DNA from: Syntrophorhabdaceae bacterium
GTDB taxonomy: Bacteria; Desulfobacterota; Syntrophorhabdia; Syntrophorhabdales; Syntrophorhabdaceae
DNA length: 64,000 nucleotides
Direction of reading: 5' to 3'
NCBI GenBank assembly: GCA_963665295.1
Contig: OY762209.1
Coordinates: 2,784,001-2,848,000 of the forward strand
Position 1 is the first letter of the stretch. Every line of letters begins with the position of its first letter. Of the stretch, positions 30,345 through 40,834 are shown one piece after another. The notes beneath the pieces are model-generated. The model saw nothing but the letters and a program-made list of their open reading frames with translations, was not told the DNA's origin and searched no databases. A program made the translations under genes and the position numbers.

Positions 30345-31730
30345 ATGTCTCCGGAAAGAACGCGTGTGGACCATGGAGTTTTGGGGGCACCCGTCCCTTC
30401 TTTGCCCGGACCACGGCTGACCGTGGGCATCATGGACGGGCGGCGCGAGGTATCGGGTACGCTCAACGGCGGTTTTTCCGTCTTCGGGCCGGGTAACCTG
30501 TCAGGCGGGTTCAGGGCTCACACCTCGGATGGCATGATCGTTCTTGCCGACCGGGACGGCCGGGAGATTGCCCGGGCTCCCCTGGTCAGGCTTGTCGGAC
30601 AGGGGGACGCGACCTTCACGCTCTCCCATGTGACTATCGGGAACCGTTTCCACTGGGAGAGGGCAGAAGATCAGACCTTCCGGGGCGACTTGGTCCTGAA
30701 GCCGCGCATGGACGGGAGTATCACCGTCATCAATGAAATAGCAGTGGAGGAATATCTGGAAAGCGTGATTTCTTCGGAGATGAAAGGCAGCGCGCCCATG
30801 GAATTCCTTAAGGCCCACGCCATCCTTTCCCGCAGTTGGCTCCTTTCGGCCCTTGCCCGGCGAAAGAAGGGCGAGGAGACCAAGGTGATTATCCCTGCGG
30901 GCGGTTCCGGGCCGGGCGAGGTGACGCGCTGGTATGAGCGGGAAGACCATGACCTTTTTGATGTGTGCGCCGATGACCACTGTCAGCGCTACCAGGGTAT
31001 CACGAAGATCATACCCGGGAAAGCCGCGGAGTCCGTCGTGGAAACATGCGGGACCGTGCTTACCTACGGGGGAGAGATTTGCGATGCCCGATACTCCAAG
31101 GCGTGCGGTGGGCTTACGGAAACATTCGAGACCGCCTGGAGTGATACACAGGTTCCCTACCTTGTGAGTATTTCCGATGCGCCTATACGTCATTGCCCGG
31201 TCACCACGGAGGAAGAGGCAGCCCGATGGATCCTCTCGAAGCCTCAGGCCTACTGCAATACGGAGGACGCCTGCATCCTCGAGGATATCCTGCCTGATTT
31301 CGACCGCGAGACAACAGCCTTCTTTCGATGGAAGGTCGAATATGGCCGGGAACAACTGGAAGGGATCATACGGGAGAAATCAGGCATCGACTTAGGGACC
31401 TTGCAAGAAATCACGCCTCTTTTGCGCGGGCCTTCGGGCCGCATTTTCCGGCTGAGGATCACCGGCTCCAAAGAGAGCGTTGTCGTGGGAAAAGAACTCG
31501 AGATCAGGCGCTGGCTCTCCGCGAGCCACCTTTTGAGCAGCGCCTTCATGGTGACCACGGAACGTGGGCCCGGAGGAGAAGTGAGGGGGTTCACTTTCCA
31601 CGGCGCGGGCTGGGGGCATGGGGTAGGGCTTTGCCAGATAGGGGCGGCAGTCATGGCGACCAGGGGTTTCGAGGCAGAGGACATCCTTGGCCATTACTTC
31701 CCCGGAGCGGAGATAAACAAGATATATTGA
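30345..31730 (+). CDS. SpoIID/LytB-domain lytic transglycosylase
   Basis: [52 protein letters not shown]. Confidence 0.92.
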   Translation: MSPERTRVDHGVLGAPVPSLPGPRLTVGIMDGRREVSGTLNGGFSVFGPGNLSGGFRAHTSDGMIVLADRDGREIARAPLVRLVGQGDATFTLSHVTIGNRFHWERAEDQTFRGDLVLKPRMDGSITVINEIAVEEYLESVISSEMKGSAPMEFLKAHAILSRSWLLSALARRKKGEETKVIIPAGGSGPGEVTRWYEREDHDLFDVCADDHCQRYQGITKIIPGKAAESVVETCGTVLTYGGEICDARYSKACGGLTETFETAWSDTQVPYLVSISDAPIRHCPVTTEEEAARWILSKPQAYCNTEDACILEDILPDFDRETTAFFRWKVEYGREQLEGIIREKSGIDLGTLQEITPLLRGPSGRIFRLRITGSKESVVVGKELEIRRWLSASHLLSSAFMVTTERGPGGEVRGFTFHGAGWGHGVGLCQIGAAVMATRGFEAEDILGHYFPGAEINKIY

Positions 31731-31767
31731 AAGGGATTTCCGGCTCCGTGAACAGAGAAGGGCGAAA

Positions 31768-32493
31768 ATGAAGAGACGACGGTTCAAGACAGGTTTTATC
31801 CTTGGGGCAGGACTTGGAATGCGGCTCAGGCCTCTGACGGAGGCATGTCCCAAGCCGTTGCTTCCCGTGGGAGGACGTCCTGTCATTACTTACGCCATGG
31901 ACCATCTCATAGGGGTCGGCGTGGACCGTTTCATTGTGAATACCCACCATTGTCCTCACGTGTACGAAGAGAAATTTCCCACCGGTTCGTGGCGGGGCGT
32001 ACCGGTAATCTTCCGCCGTGAGCCGGTTCTTCTCGACACGGCGGGAGGGTTGAAGAACATCGAGGACCTCCTGGACGACGATGAGGCGATCCTCTGTTAC
32101 AACGGAGATGTGCTGAGCGGAATTTCCCTCAAGAGAATAATAGACGTCCACGAAGAGAGGCGGCCGGAGGCGACATTGGCGCTTCGGAGCAACGGTCCCG
32201 TGTTGAATGTGAATATCAACGAAAGGGGCGAGATATGCGACCTCCGGCATACACTGGGGATCATGGGGGTGGGAAGCTGTCTTTTTACGGGCATCTATGC
32301 GGTGGAGACGTCCTTTCTCAGTGGTCTTGAAGCGGGCAAGGTGGAATCCCTTATCCCTGTATTTGTGAAGCGGATCGTGGAGAAGCCGGGATCCATCATG
32401 GGGGTTGTCGTGGACGAGGGCGGTTGGTATGATATCGGTTCCGTTGAAGAGTACGAAAGTCTGAGGGACGGGAAGGCCGATGGTGTCCTGTGA
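31768..32493 (+). CDS. Sugar-phosphate nucleotidyltransferase (MurU-like)
   Basis: [31 protein letters not shown]; coupled to an AmgK-like kinase. Confidence 0.8.
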   Translation: MKRRRFKTGFILGAGLGMRLRPLTEACPKPLLPVGGRPVITYAMDHLIGVGVDRFIVNTHHCPHVYEEKFPTGSWRGVPVIFRREPVLLDTAGGLKNIEDLLDDDEAILCYNGDVLSGISLKRIIDVHEERRPEATLALRSNGPVLNVNINERGEICDLRHTLGIMGVGSCLFTGIYAVETSFLSGLEAGKVESLIPVFVKRIVEKPGSIMGVVVDEGGWYDIGSVEEYESLRDGKADGVL

Positions 32494-33484
32494 GGGTATG
32501 ATCCATTTTGCGCGGGAGGCCCTGGGTATCGGGACGGCCGTCCCCATTGCGCACGCGCCCCTCGCGAAGAGAGGTTCCGACCGGTCTTTCTACCGGCTCA
32601 CATGGAACGCCACTGAAACGGCTGTTTTGATCCAATACGACCCGGCGCGGGCGGAGAATGCGTATTATGCGGAGATCGCAGAGTTTCTCCGTGATATCGG
32701 GGTGTCCGTGCCGCGGGTGATCCGTCATGACCCGGTTGACTGCCTGCTCCTCCTGGAAGATATGGGAAACAAGGACCTGTGGTCCTTCAGGGACAGTCCT
32801 TGGGAGGACCGGCTTACGCTTTACCGGAAGACCCTCGTGATCGTGCGCCGGCTTCACTCTTTTTCGGAAGACGATTTCCCTTCGGATCGCGTGAGACTCA
32901 TGGAAGGTTTCGGTCCCGAACTGTACCGCTGGGAAAGGGAATATTTCATGGAGCATTTTGTGGCCGGGGCGTGCGCCATGGAACTTGATCCGGCCCTCCG
33001 TCACGGGCTCGAAACGGAGTTGGTTGCTCTCGCCGACAGGCTTTCGGGCAGCGGGCGATGTCTCGTCCACCGCGACCTGCAGTCACAGAACGTGATGATT
33101 CGCAATAAAGAGCCGTTCCTTATCGATTTTCAGGGTATGCGCTTCGGCAGTCCCTTCTACGACCTCGGCTCTCTGCTCAGCGATCCTTACGTGCATTTTT
33201 CCGATGCCGAGATGGAGGATCTGCTGTTCTTTTATTTCGGGATATCGGACAGGCCCATGGACTGGGACCGGTTCCGCGATCTTTTCTGGGACGCCTCGGC
33301 GGAACGCCTCATGCAGGCTCTCGGCGCCTATGGTTTCCTGGGGCTCAAGAAGGGGCTCACAAACTTTCTTGAATATATTCCCGGGGGACTCCTCAGTCTT
33401 CACCGGGCCGCTTCGCACGCATCATCCCTACCGCACCTCAGGAAAACGGCAGAGGCGTGTCACGCGAAATGGCATTCGAAATAG
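32480..33484 (+). CDS. APH-family phosphotransferase (AmgK-like MurNAc/GlcNAc kinase)
   Basis: [36 protein letters not shown]. Confidence 0.82.
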   Translation: MVSCEGMIHFAREALGIGTAVPIAHAPLAKRGSDRSFYRLTWNATETAVLIQYDPARAENAYYAEIAEFLRDIGVSVPRVIRHDPVDCLLLLEDMGNKDLWSFRDSPWEDRLTLYRKTLVIVRRLHSFSEDDFPSDRVRLMEGFGPELYRWEREYFMEHFVAGACAMELDPALRHGLETELVALADRLSGSGRCLVHRDLQSQNVMIRNKEPFLIDFQGMRFGSPFYDLGSLLSDPYVHFSDAEMEDLLFFYFGISDRPMDWDRFRDLFWDASAERLMQALGAYGFLGLKKGLTNFLEYIPGGLLSLHRAASHASSLPHLRKTAEACHAKWHSK

Positions 33485-33509
33485 AAATGTGAAAAACCGT
33501 TGTTTTTTT

Positions 33510-34622
33510 TCAGACTATCCTGCTCACCCCGGGGATCTTCCTCACGTAGTGGCTTATAAAGAAGCAGAGCACCAGGGAGACCACCGACAGGAGACAGAAT
33601 TTTGTCATGGGCCGGCTCTGAAGCACGGGCTGCGCCAGATAGGCGGAATAGACTATGATCGGGGCGTGTAAGACAAAGACCATGTATGCGTCCGACGCCA
33701 TCATGCGTGTCAGTCTTCCCTGGAAGTTCCAGTTTCGCCGGAAAATAAAGATGAGGCTTATCAACATTCCCACACAAAGGATGTTTTCAAAGGTTATCCC
33801 CAGGAGGGGACGCAGGCCGGACCCTCCTGTCAGGGACCGCAGAGTCCCGCTCTTCATCGCCGCAAAGGTTATCGCTCCGTACAAGACGAAAGCAAGCGAG
33901 GTGACCGCCACCCACAGTCTTCCCGCGCCGTCGGTCAATTTCAACACCCATCCTTTTCGGAAGGAGACGATGCCAAGGATGTACATAGCCACATACTGCG
34001 CGTAATTGCCCGGCCTGAGGTGAAAGATCTGCCGGCTCGGCGGATAGTGAATCCGGATAAGGTACGTGGCCAATGACAGGGCGCAGATAAAGATCACTAT
34101 GGAGACAGTCCCGGGTATTGCCCCGTCTTCAGTCTTTGGCTGAAGGTAAGGAGGTCCTCCCGGAAGGCGGCAGAGCGCATAGACCACGGAGAAGACGAGC
34201 AAGACTTCCACGAACCAGAGCGGTCCGGGGGCCCAGGCGAAGCAACCGAGGACATACGCCGGGAAAGAGAACCGGCTCCCCAGGGTATCGAAATTGATGG
34301 TGTAGATCATGACAGGCCTGACAAGGCATGCGAAGAACGCGAGAGGGACACCCAGACGAAGAATCCGGTCCTTCATAAAGACCCCCGGACCTTTGTGGTC
34401 GAAGGAACCGGGCGTAAAATACCCGGAGATCATGAAGAAGACGCCCAATATGAAAGCTCTGCCGTAGGCCCCGAAGATGGTGAGCGCGGCCAGAGTCGTC
34501 GGGTCATCGGTGGTCTCGTAGTAATACCATCCGCTTCGAGTCCCGTATGTGAGGCTGAGGTGGAAGAGCACCACATTCGCGGTGAGCACGATCCGGATGT
34601 TGTCCAGGAAATAGAGCCTCAT
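33510..34622 (-). CDS. Membrane acyltransferase family 3 (OpgC/OafA-like)
   Basis: RLYFLDNIR, FFMISGYF, DRILRLGVP, GPLWFV; multiple TM helices. Confidence 0.88.
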   Translation of the reverse strand: MRLYFLDNIRIVLTANVVLFHLSLTYGTRSGWYYYETTDDPTTLAALTIFGAYGRAFILGVFFMISGYFTPGSFDHKGPGVFMKDRILRLGVPLAFFACLVRPVMIYTINFDTLGSRFSFPAYVLGCFAWAPGPLWFVEVLLVFSVVYALCRLPGGPPYLQPKTEDGAIPGTVSIVIFICALSLATYLIRIHYPPSRQIFHLRPGNYAQYVAMYILGIVSFRKGWVLKLTDGAGRLWVAVTSLAFVLYGAITFAAMKSGTLRSLTGGSGLRPLLGITFENILCVGMLISLIFIFRRNWNFQGRLTRMMASDAYMVFVLHAPIIVYSAYLAQPVLQSRPMTKFCLLSVVSLVLCFFISHYVRKIPGVSRIV

Positions 34623-34867
34623 ATCCTGACATTCCCCCTGATTTTATTATCATATGTTTCCTGTAAAGGAAAAGCAATAGTTCTTACCGGCATCCGTCAG
34701 GGGGCAAACGAGGGGGGTTAGCGATGGCGCCGCATTTTTCAATACTGCCCACGGCTGCGAAGTTATGGTTGGGGTTGCCTGCTTCGGGGCCGAAAGGACA
34801 TATCTATTTCAATTCTACCGGCGGTCTTGTCTTCCAAGGTGATTCCCGGCCTTGCCCAAAGCGGATA

Positions 34868-35038
34868 CTACCGCGCATTCATTACGGTGCGAAGGGCCTT
34901 AAAGATCTTGTACCGCTGCATGTCTATCACCGTCTTATCTTCAACGTAACCCGATTTTCTCTCTTCGCGGTGTCTTGACCGGGCGACATAATAAATGGCG
35001 GTCATATCAGGACCGGACTCATTGATGTTCTTCTCCAT
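34868..35038 (-). CDS. Putative leaderless 56-aa small protein
   Basis: Manual translation MEKNINESGPDMTAIYYVARSRHREERKSGYVEDKTVIDMQRYKIFKALRTVMNAR; ATG sits at the predicted TSS. Confidence 0.4.
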   Translation of the reverse strand: MEKNINESGPDMTAIYYVARSRHREERKSGYVEDKTVIDMQRYKIFKALRTVMNAR

Positions 35039-35043
35039 ATTCA

Positions 35044-35090
35044 ACTATAGCACGGGGCCGCCATGAAAAGTGTGACATAGATCACACTTT
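35044..35090 (-). promoter_or_regulatory. CRP/FNR-family box plus extended -10 (class II promoter)
   Basis: AAAGTGTGA-N6-TCACACTTT at 35067-35090; TGcTATAGT on the minus strand with hexamer at 35049-35044. Confidence 0.75.
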
Positions 35091-35213
35091 CGGGATGGAC
35101 ATGACTTCGTCCTCCCTGCAAGCCCGGATGGGGGCGATCGCGGCCCGTTCCCCGGTCAAGACCCGGGTGACCGCCTACCCTCGATCGTACGGCCGGGCAA
35201 CGTGCACAGGGTC

Positions 35214-35747
35214 CTATCCCCCTTCTCTGAACTCCCACTGGCACCAACTGTCGGACGGGTGGGGACCGGGAGGGCAGTATCTGCAGGATACCTCTACCGA
35301 CGGATCGATTATGGAGGCGACGTTGCCGAAACCTGTTTCAAAGGTGGGCCGACATGCGAAAAGGCCCTTTCCGGAGAGAAGCCGCGCCTCCTGGGGAGGG
35401 CACGCGGTAACGGTGAGAAGGGCGGTTTTGCCCTGTTTTTCGATCCGGTACGCGCACTTGGCCGCCCAACTCATGAAATTGATGGTCCTGAGCACTGCGT
35501 CGAGGCCGCCCTTGTCGGGGATGGCGAGGACTTTCTTGATTCGCCGGGCCTCCGCCTTAGAGGACACATTCCACATCTGGATGTCGATCTCGAGTGCCTT
35601 GTCCGTGCCGTATCGATCCTCCACTCCGGAGAACCAGAGTCCGTCGCAGGTGTGCCAGTTCCTCGAATATACCTTTATGAGTTCGATGAGCGTTTCTTTG
35701 GGGAGCCGTTCCAATTCGGCCTGAACCGGGTTATCAGGGTTGTCCAT
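35214..35747 (-). CDS. DUF6125-like hypothetical protein
   Basis: NWHTCDGLWF..E..YG, CPPQEAR, CPPGPHP..WCQWEF; AAGGAGG RBS. Confidence 0.7.
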   Translation of the reverse strand: MDNPDNPVQAELERLPKETLIELIKVYSRNWHTCDGLWFSGVEDRYGTDKALEIDIQMWNVSSKAEARRIKKVLAIPDKGGLDAVLRTINFMSWAAKCAYRIEKQGKTALLTVTACPPQEARLLSGKGLFACRPTFETGFGNVASIIDPSVEVSCRYCPPGPHPSDSWCQWEFREGG

Positions 35748-35900
35748 GTTCCCGAACCTCCTTGTTGTACCGTCTTCTATGCCCCGTGGGGGTGCATCTT
35801 CATAGGTGTTTATAGCACAATTCCGGGAATCGGTATAGGGGGATATCCGTTTCCGCGGTTCCCCGCGGTACTCCGTCGGAAGGGCCTGCTTTGCAGGGGG

Positions 35901-37151
35901 CTAGCCCTGGCTCTTCTCTATCCGTCCTATTTCGTCTTTAAGCCACAAAAGCAATAAAAGCCCGGGCAGGGCGGTGATGGTAGTAATGAAGAAGAAAGGC
36001 GCCCATCCGAGATACTTCACCACGTAGCCGGACGAGGGAGTGATAAAGACCCGTCCCAGGGCTGAGAGGGAGGAAAGAAGGGCGAACTGGGTGGCGCTGT
36101 ACCGTTTGTTGCAGACTGCCATGATAAAGACCATGAAAGCGGCCATGCCCATGCCTCCCGCGACGTTCTCGAAGGCCACGGCAAAGATCATCATGGCGTA
36201 GCTTTTGCCGGTCCAGGCGAGGGCCATAAAGGAAAGGTTGGAGACCATCTGGAGGAGACCGAAGATCATGAGGGACCGGAAGAGACCGAGTTTTGCCATC
36301 ATACCGCCCCCGTACATGGCGCCCACGATGGTGGCGGCAAAGCCGAGTCCTTTGTTGATGGTGCCCACGTCCGTGGCGGTAAACCCCACGCCCCTGAGAA
36401 GAAATGTGGTAGTCATGCTTCCCGCGTAGGCGTCACCCATCTTGTAGAGTATGATGAAGAGCAGGATGATAAGCGAGGTGGGCCGGTAAAAGAAATCCTT
36501 GAGGGGTCCCCACACGGCCTCCTTAAGGCTCCTGGGCGGGATTATCCCGCCATCGGGTTCCCGGCCTACGAAGGTGCCGAGCATGCCGATTATCAAAAGC
36601 CCTGCCATGATGAGGTAGGTGTTTTGCCAGCCTATCCGGTCGGACATGATGAGGGCTATGGCGCCCGCGGTGAGCATGGCGACCCTGTAGCCCACTATGA
36701 AGGTGGCCGACCCGGTTCCGCGCTCCTTCTCGGACAAAATGTCGGTCCGGTACGCATCAACCACGATATCCTGTGAGGCCGACGCGAAGGCGACCATGAT
36801 GGCGAGTATGGCGAGCGCGAGGGGTGCATAGAGGGGAGACGAGAAGGCCATCCACGTGATGCCGAGCATGAGCGCCACCTGGGTGGCGAGCGCCCACCCC
36901 CTCCTCCTTCCGAGCCACGGAGGCACAAACCGGTCCATGAGCGGCGACCAGAAGAATTTGACCGTGTAAGGGATACCTACGAGGGAAAAGATGCCTATGG
37001 TCCGTATGTCCACCCCGGCGATGGTGAGCCAGGCCTGAAGGGTGCCGCTGGTGAGGGGCAGAGGAAGTCCCGAAGAAAAACCGAGGAGAAGCATTACCGC
37101 CGTGTTGCGGTTACAATAAAGTCTCAGGTAGTAAGCGGCCTTTGCGCCCAT
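35901..37151 (-). CDS. ampG: Muropeptide MFS permease
   Basis: LLGFSSGLPL, KFFWSPLMD..GRRRGW, ASASQDIVVDAYR, YSATQFALLSSL. Confidence 0.95.
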   Translation of the reverse strand: MGAKAAYYLRLYCNRNTAVMLLLGFSSGLPLPLTSGTLQAWLTIAGVDIRTIGIFSLVGIPYTVKFFWSPLMDRFVPPWLGRRRGWALATQVALMLGITWMAFSSPLYAPLALAILAIMVAFASASQDIVVDAYRTDILSEKERGTGSATFIVGYRVAMLTAGAIALIMSDRIGWQNTYLIMAGLLIIGMLGTFVGREPDGGIIPPRSLKEAVWGPLKDFFYRPTSLIILLFIILYKMGDAYAGSMTTTFLLRGVGFTATDVGTINKGLGFAATIVGAMYGGGMMAKLGLFRSLMIFGLLQMVSNLSFMALAWTGKSYAMMIFAVAFENVAGGMGMAAFMVFIMAVCNKRYSATQFALLSSLSALGRVFITPSSGYVVKYLGWAPFFFITTITALPGLLLLLWLKDEIGRIEKSQG

Positions 37152-37156
37152 CAGGT

Positions 37157-38482
37157 CTACCGGCCCGGCTTGTCAGGCATGTCGAGTGTCACGGGGAGCC
37201 TGCCCTGGAAGTCCATCTCCCCTGTAATACATCTGAATACGGCGTCCTGGGCTTCCGCGCTTGCGTCGTATGCGGCGATGAGAACGGCGGCCTCCTTGAA
37301 ACGGTTGAGCACATAGGGGCTTCCGAAGGAGACGACGACGGACGGCGTGGTTCCCCGCATGAGTCGCACCACCGATTCCATCTCCTCTTCTCCTGTATTC
37401 GAGGCCCCCCGGAAGGGTTCATCCGTGAAAATGAGGTACATAACGGGCCTTTCATGGGTAGGCAGAGGTTTTCCCACGTGGGATGCCTGTTTTACGTAGA
37501 ACCTGAGGGGAGATGTCCTGAAATATGACGTGTCCCCCGCATACACGAGGGGTATGTTGTCGGAATCCCGTACGGGAAAGAAACGGCCTTTTCCCTTTAC
37601 AAGGGTCACTGCCTTCCCGGCGATCAGACGGGACAGCCTCTCGTTGCGCGGGTAATCGGCCTTCATCTCGCCGACGGAACCTATCATGGATTTGAGCACA
37701 TCGACACGGGCGAGAGAGAATGCTATCCGTTCTTCCGTGATCCTGCCTTCGAGGAGGGCCCGAGCGAGTTCATCGACTACAGCATCGGGGTCTTCAGGGC
37801 CGAGGAGGATATCGACACCGGCTTCCATATATACCGCTACCCCGGGTTCTCGCACGGAGTCACACAAACCGGCTGAGAGTGCGCCGTCATAGGCCACCAC
37901 GGTCATCCCGTCCGGGACACTGTTCCCAGGGCCTTCGCTGAGAGCGAGGAATCCGGAATCGCGGAGTGTTGCGGCAAGTTCTGAAGAAAACCAACGGGTT
38001 TCACCAGGCGAGGGTAAAGCGGTTCCCGGACCGGAGGCCGGGATGCAAGAGGAATGAGAACCATATCCGACCCGGATAAGAGGCATGTTTATCCCGCAGT
38101 CCGCCGCCTCGGCGGCAATGGCGGTGAAAGTCTCCGAAAGGAGATGGAGGTCGCGGGGATCGTTCACATCCATAGCCGCGGCAAACGCCATGGGGGAGGG
38201 AAACCGGGTCGTTTCCCGGATCTGTTCTCCTATTCCCCGTTCCGCGTAAGACGCGATGAAAAGGGGTCTTTCCGCAAGAGACTGAAGCGATCCGATAAAC
38301 GATTGCAGCTCGTCCCTGGCTCCTCCGCGGAGCATGAACCCGGCTATTCCCTTTTTTGCTAAATCGAGAATGTGGTCACGATAAAGAACATCCCCTATCC
38401 GGTCACCGTCCAGTCGGGCAATGACAAGCTGGTAAAGTCTCTTTTCGAGAGTAGCAAAGCCGGAACATACGTTCTGCAACAT
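37157..38482 (-). CDS. Degenerate GH3 beta-N-acetylglucosaminidase-like protein
   Basis: GH3 scaffold (T.FPSPMA, AGVDILL, GRITEERI, FGSPY, GRLPV) without the KHFPGHG/DSH catalytic segment. Confidence 0.7.
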   Translation of the reverse strand: MLQNVCSGFATLEKRLYQLVIARLDGDRIGDVLYRDHILDLAKKGIAGFMLRGGARDELQSFIGSLQSLAERPLFIASYAERGIGEQIRETTRFPSPMAFAAAMDVNDPRDLHLLSETFTAIAAEAADCGINMPLIRVGYGSHSSCIPASGPGTALPSPGETRWFSSELAATLRDSGFLALSEGPGNSVPDGMTVVAYDGALSAGLCDSVREPGVAVYMEAGVDILLGPEDPDAVVDELARALLEGRITEERIAFSLARVDVLKSMIGSVGEMKADYPRNERLSRLIAGKAVTLVKGKGRFFPVRDSDNIPLVYAGDTSYFRTSPLRFYVKQASHVGKPLPTHERPVMYLIFTDEPFRGASNTGEEEMESVVRLMRGTTPSVVVSFGSPYVLNRFKEAAVLIAAYDASAEAQDAVFRCITGEMDFQGRLPVTLDMPDKPGR

Positions 38483-38598
38483 GGGAAGCTTAGTTTACCA
38501 GATAGGAATTCTTTAAGAACAAGAATAGAATAAATTGTTACCCCTGACGAACCTTTCACGCCCACCGCAGGCCCCGCATACGAGGGGCAACGAAGTGA

Positions 38599-38793
38599 TC
38601 ACGCGTGTCTTTTCGACCTCAAGGATTTCAATCTTCTCTTCTGGGCCTCGCGCTGTTTTCTCCGTACCTTTTCGGAGGGTTTTTCGTAGAAGCTTCTCTT
38701 CTTGATTTCTTTAAAAAGCCCTTCCATCTGGAGTTTGCGCTTTAGATCCTTAATTGCTTTTTCAATATTGTCGCCTTGAACCCTTATATCCAA
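38599..38793 (-). CDS. rpsU: 30S ribosomal protein S21
   Basis: IEKAIKDLKRK..EIKKRSFYEKPSEK. Confidence 0.95.
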   Translation of the reverse strand: MDIRVQGDNIEKAIKDLKRKLQMEGLFKEIKKRSFYEKPSEKVRRKQREAQKRRLKSLRSKRHA

Positions 38794-39031
38794 TCTTCTT
38801 ACCCCTTTCTTTTCTTAACCGTCTATCCCGGAAGCAAAACCCCAGAGCTTTTAAAGGCCCTGGGGCGCCATTCACTTTAAAAGTCAAAGTTAAGATAATA
38901 CAAAATGGTGCATAAGTAAAGACCAAAATGAAATCCCGAGCTTGTTGTTGACGTCCCGCCGGTTTTCGTTTCATAATCAGTGGAATATGTGCCGCCGAAT
39001 TACAGGGGCGCGAAGGGAAGGAGGAAGGGGT

Positions 39032-39490
39032 ATGAAATACCAGGTGGGAGGAGTCGGCAAGGTCGTGGTAGCGAGGTTCGAGGACGGGGACGACATCCTG
39101 GCCGGCATTGCCGAGATCGCCAGGAAAGAGGCGATCAGGGCCGCAGTCTTCACTCTTGTGGGCGGCATAACGGACAGCACCATTGTAGTCGGCCCGGAGA
39201 GAGAGGAACCACCACCCGTACCTGTGTGGCGGGAACTGAAGGAGAGCCACGAGGCTGCCGGCATCGGCACGATCTTCTGGCAGGGAGAGGAGCCCAAGGT
39301 CCATATCCACGGCGCCTACGGAAAATGGGACAGCGTCAAGGCGGGCTGTCTCAGAGGCGCTGCCAGGACCTTCCTCGTGATGGAAGCTGTTATAGTGGAA
39401 ATAAAAGGGATTCACGCGGTGAGAGACCTGGACCCCCTATCCCGCATGGTGCTTCTGAAACTGGTTGACCCTCCGGAGAGGGACGGTTAA
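39032..39490 (+). CDS. PPC/DUF296 domain protein
   Basis: VARFEDGDDIL, GIGTI..KVHIHG..GCL; AGGAGG RBS. Confidence 0.88.
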   Translation: MKYQVGGVGKVVVARFEDGDDILAGIAEIARKEAIRAAVFTLVGGITDSTIVVGPEREEPPPVPVWRELKESHEAAGIGTIFWQGEEPKVHIHGAYGKWDSVKAGCLRGAARTFLVMEAVIVEIKGIHAVRDLDPLSRMVLLKLVDPPERDG

Positions 39491-39543
39491 AAACGCGTTC
39501 CCGGCAAGGTAGTGATGCCCCTGCCCTGCCGTGACCACCTCCG

Positions 39544-40008
39544 CTATTCGATTACAAAGTCCCAGACTGTGTCCTCGATCCACAGACAGAAATAACCCCT
39601 GCCTAAAAGGCCCTTGGCTTTTACCACATACAGGTTGTTCCCTTTCTTCTGCACCGTGTATTCTATATTCTTGCCGAAGGCATACCGAGGTTTACCCAGG
39701 GGCCCCGCCTGAAAAAAAAGCAAAGGGTTCAAGGTGAGGACGTCCATGTTGTGGGGACCGTATATCACGAAATACTGCACGTCCTTAAGAAAGAAGCGGG
39801 CCGGATTGTTACTCTCCATGAAGATCAGACCGTTTTCGTCGAAAACCATGTTGGGGGTCAGCCTTTTGAGCCCTCCTGTCGTCTTGAAATATGTCCCGAA
39901 CTCCTTCGGGGTCGGGATTTTGTCCTCCTTCGCGTAAAGAGGCAATGCGAAGAAGAATGCAACGAAAAGGATGATGAGAACTCTGCGAAATATGGTGAAT
40001 GTGTGCAT
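39544..40008 (-). CDS. Hypothetical exported protein
   Basis: Signal peptide ending LPLYA; AGGAGG RBS. Confidence 0.65.
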   Translation of the reverse strand: MHTFTIFRRVLIILFVAFFFALPLYAKEDKIPTPKEFGTYFKTTGGLKRLTPNMVFDENGLIFMESNNPARFFLKDVQYFVIYGPHNMDVLTLNPLLFFQAGPLGKPRYAFGKNIEYTVQKKGNNLYVVKAKGLLGRGYFCLWIEDTVWDFVIE

Positions 40009-40039
40009 CAGTTTTCCTCCTGAATGATCTGTGTCTTGT

Positions 40040-40423
40040 CTATGCCGGGGTTACGATGATCCTTCGTTCTCTTGGCCCGTCGAATTCCATAAAGAATATA
40101 CCTTGCCAGGTCCCCAGCATCATGCGGCCTTCAAAAAACGGTATGGTGACGGAACATCCGACCAGGGCGGCTTTGATATGGGCGTCGGAGTTCCCTTCTC
40201 TGTGCCTGTAAGGAAAATTCTTCGGCGCCAGGCGATCGAGCCCGTCAAGGACGTCCCTTATCACGTCGGGGTCCGCATGCTCGTTAATCATGATACCACA
40301 CGTTGTGTGAGGGGTATAGACATGGACGGTCCTGCATTCCTTCCCTCTGACAAGGGCGGCCACATCGGCGGTAATATCCCTCGCCTCAACGTTGCGCGAG
40401 GTTCTTAGTGTCAGCGTGAGCAT
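40040..40423 (-). CDS. yjbQ: YjbQ/UPF0047 family protein
   Basis: PHTTCGIMINE, EGNSDAHIK, LGTWQGIFFMEFDGPR. Confidence 0.92.
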   Translation of the reverse strand: MLTLTLRTSRNVEARDITADVAALVRGKECRTVHVYTPHTTCGIMINEHADPDVIRDVLDGLDRLAPKNFPYRHREGNSDAHIKAALVGCSVTIPFFEGRMMLGTWQGIFFMEFDGPRERRIIVTPA

Positions 40424-40431
40424 GGCGGCGC

Positions 40432-40818
40432 TTAAAGGGATACCTGCCTCTTCTTGTAGTCTTCCAACGCGGCTTTGACCGCATCTTCCGCAAGGACGGA
40501 GCAATGCATTTTCGCGGGGGGCAATCCTCCCAACGCCTCCGCCACCGCCTCGTTCGACAAGCTCAGCGCTTCGTCGACACTTTTCCCCTTTATCATTTCC
40601 GTGGTCATGCTGCTCGATGCAATGGCTGCTCCGCATCCGAAGGTTTTGAATTTCGCATCCACGATCCTGCCGTCTTCTATCTTCAGATAAAGCCTCATGA
40701 CATCTCCGCACACGGGGTTGCCGACTTCGGCTATGGCGCTCGCGTCTTCGATCTCGCCCATGTTGCGGGGATTCATGAAATGATCCATCACTTTGTCACT
40801 GTAAGGACCCTGCGGCAT
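40432..40818 (-). CDS. iscU: Fe-S cluster scaffold IscU/NifU
   Basis: YSDKVMDHFMNPRN, NPVCGD, KTFGCGAAIA, LPPAKMHCS; AAGGAGG RBS. Confidence 0.95.
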   Translation of the reverse strand: MPQGPYSDKVMDHFMNPRNMGEIEDASAIAEVGNPVCGDVMRLYLKIEDGRIVDAKFKTFGCGAAIASSSMTTEMIKGKSVDEALSLSNEAVAEALGGLPPAKMHCSVLAEDAVKAALEDYKKRQVSL

Positions 40819-40834
40819 CTTAAATATACCTCCT

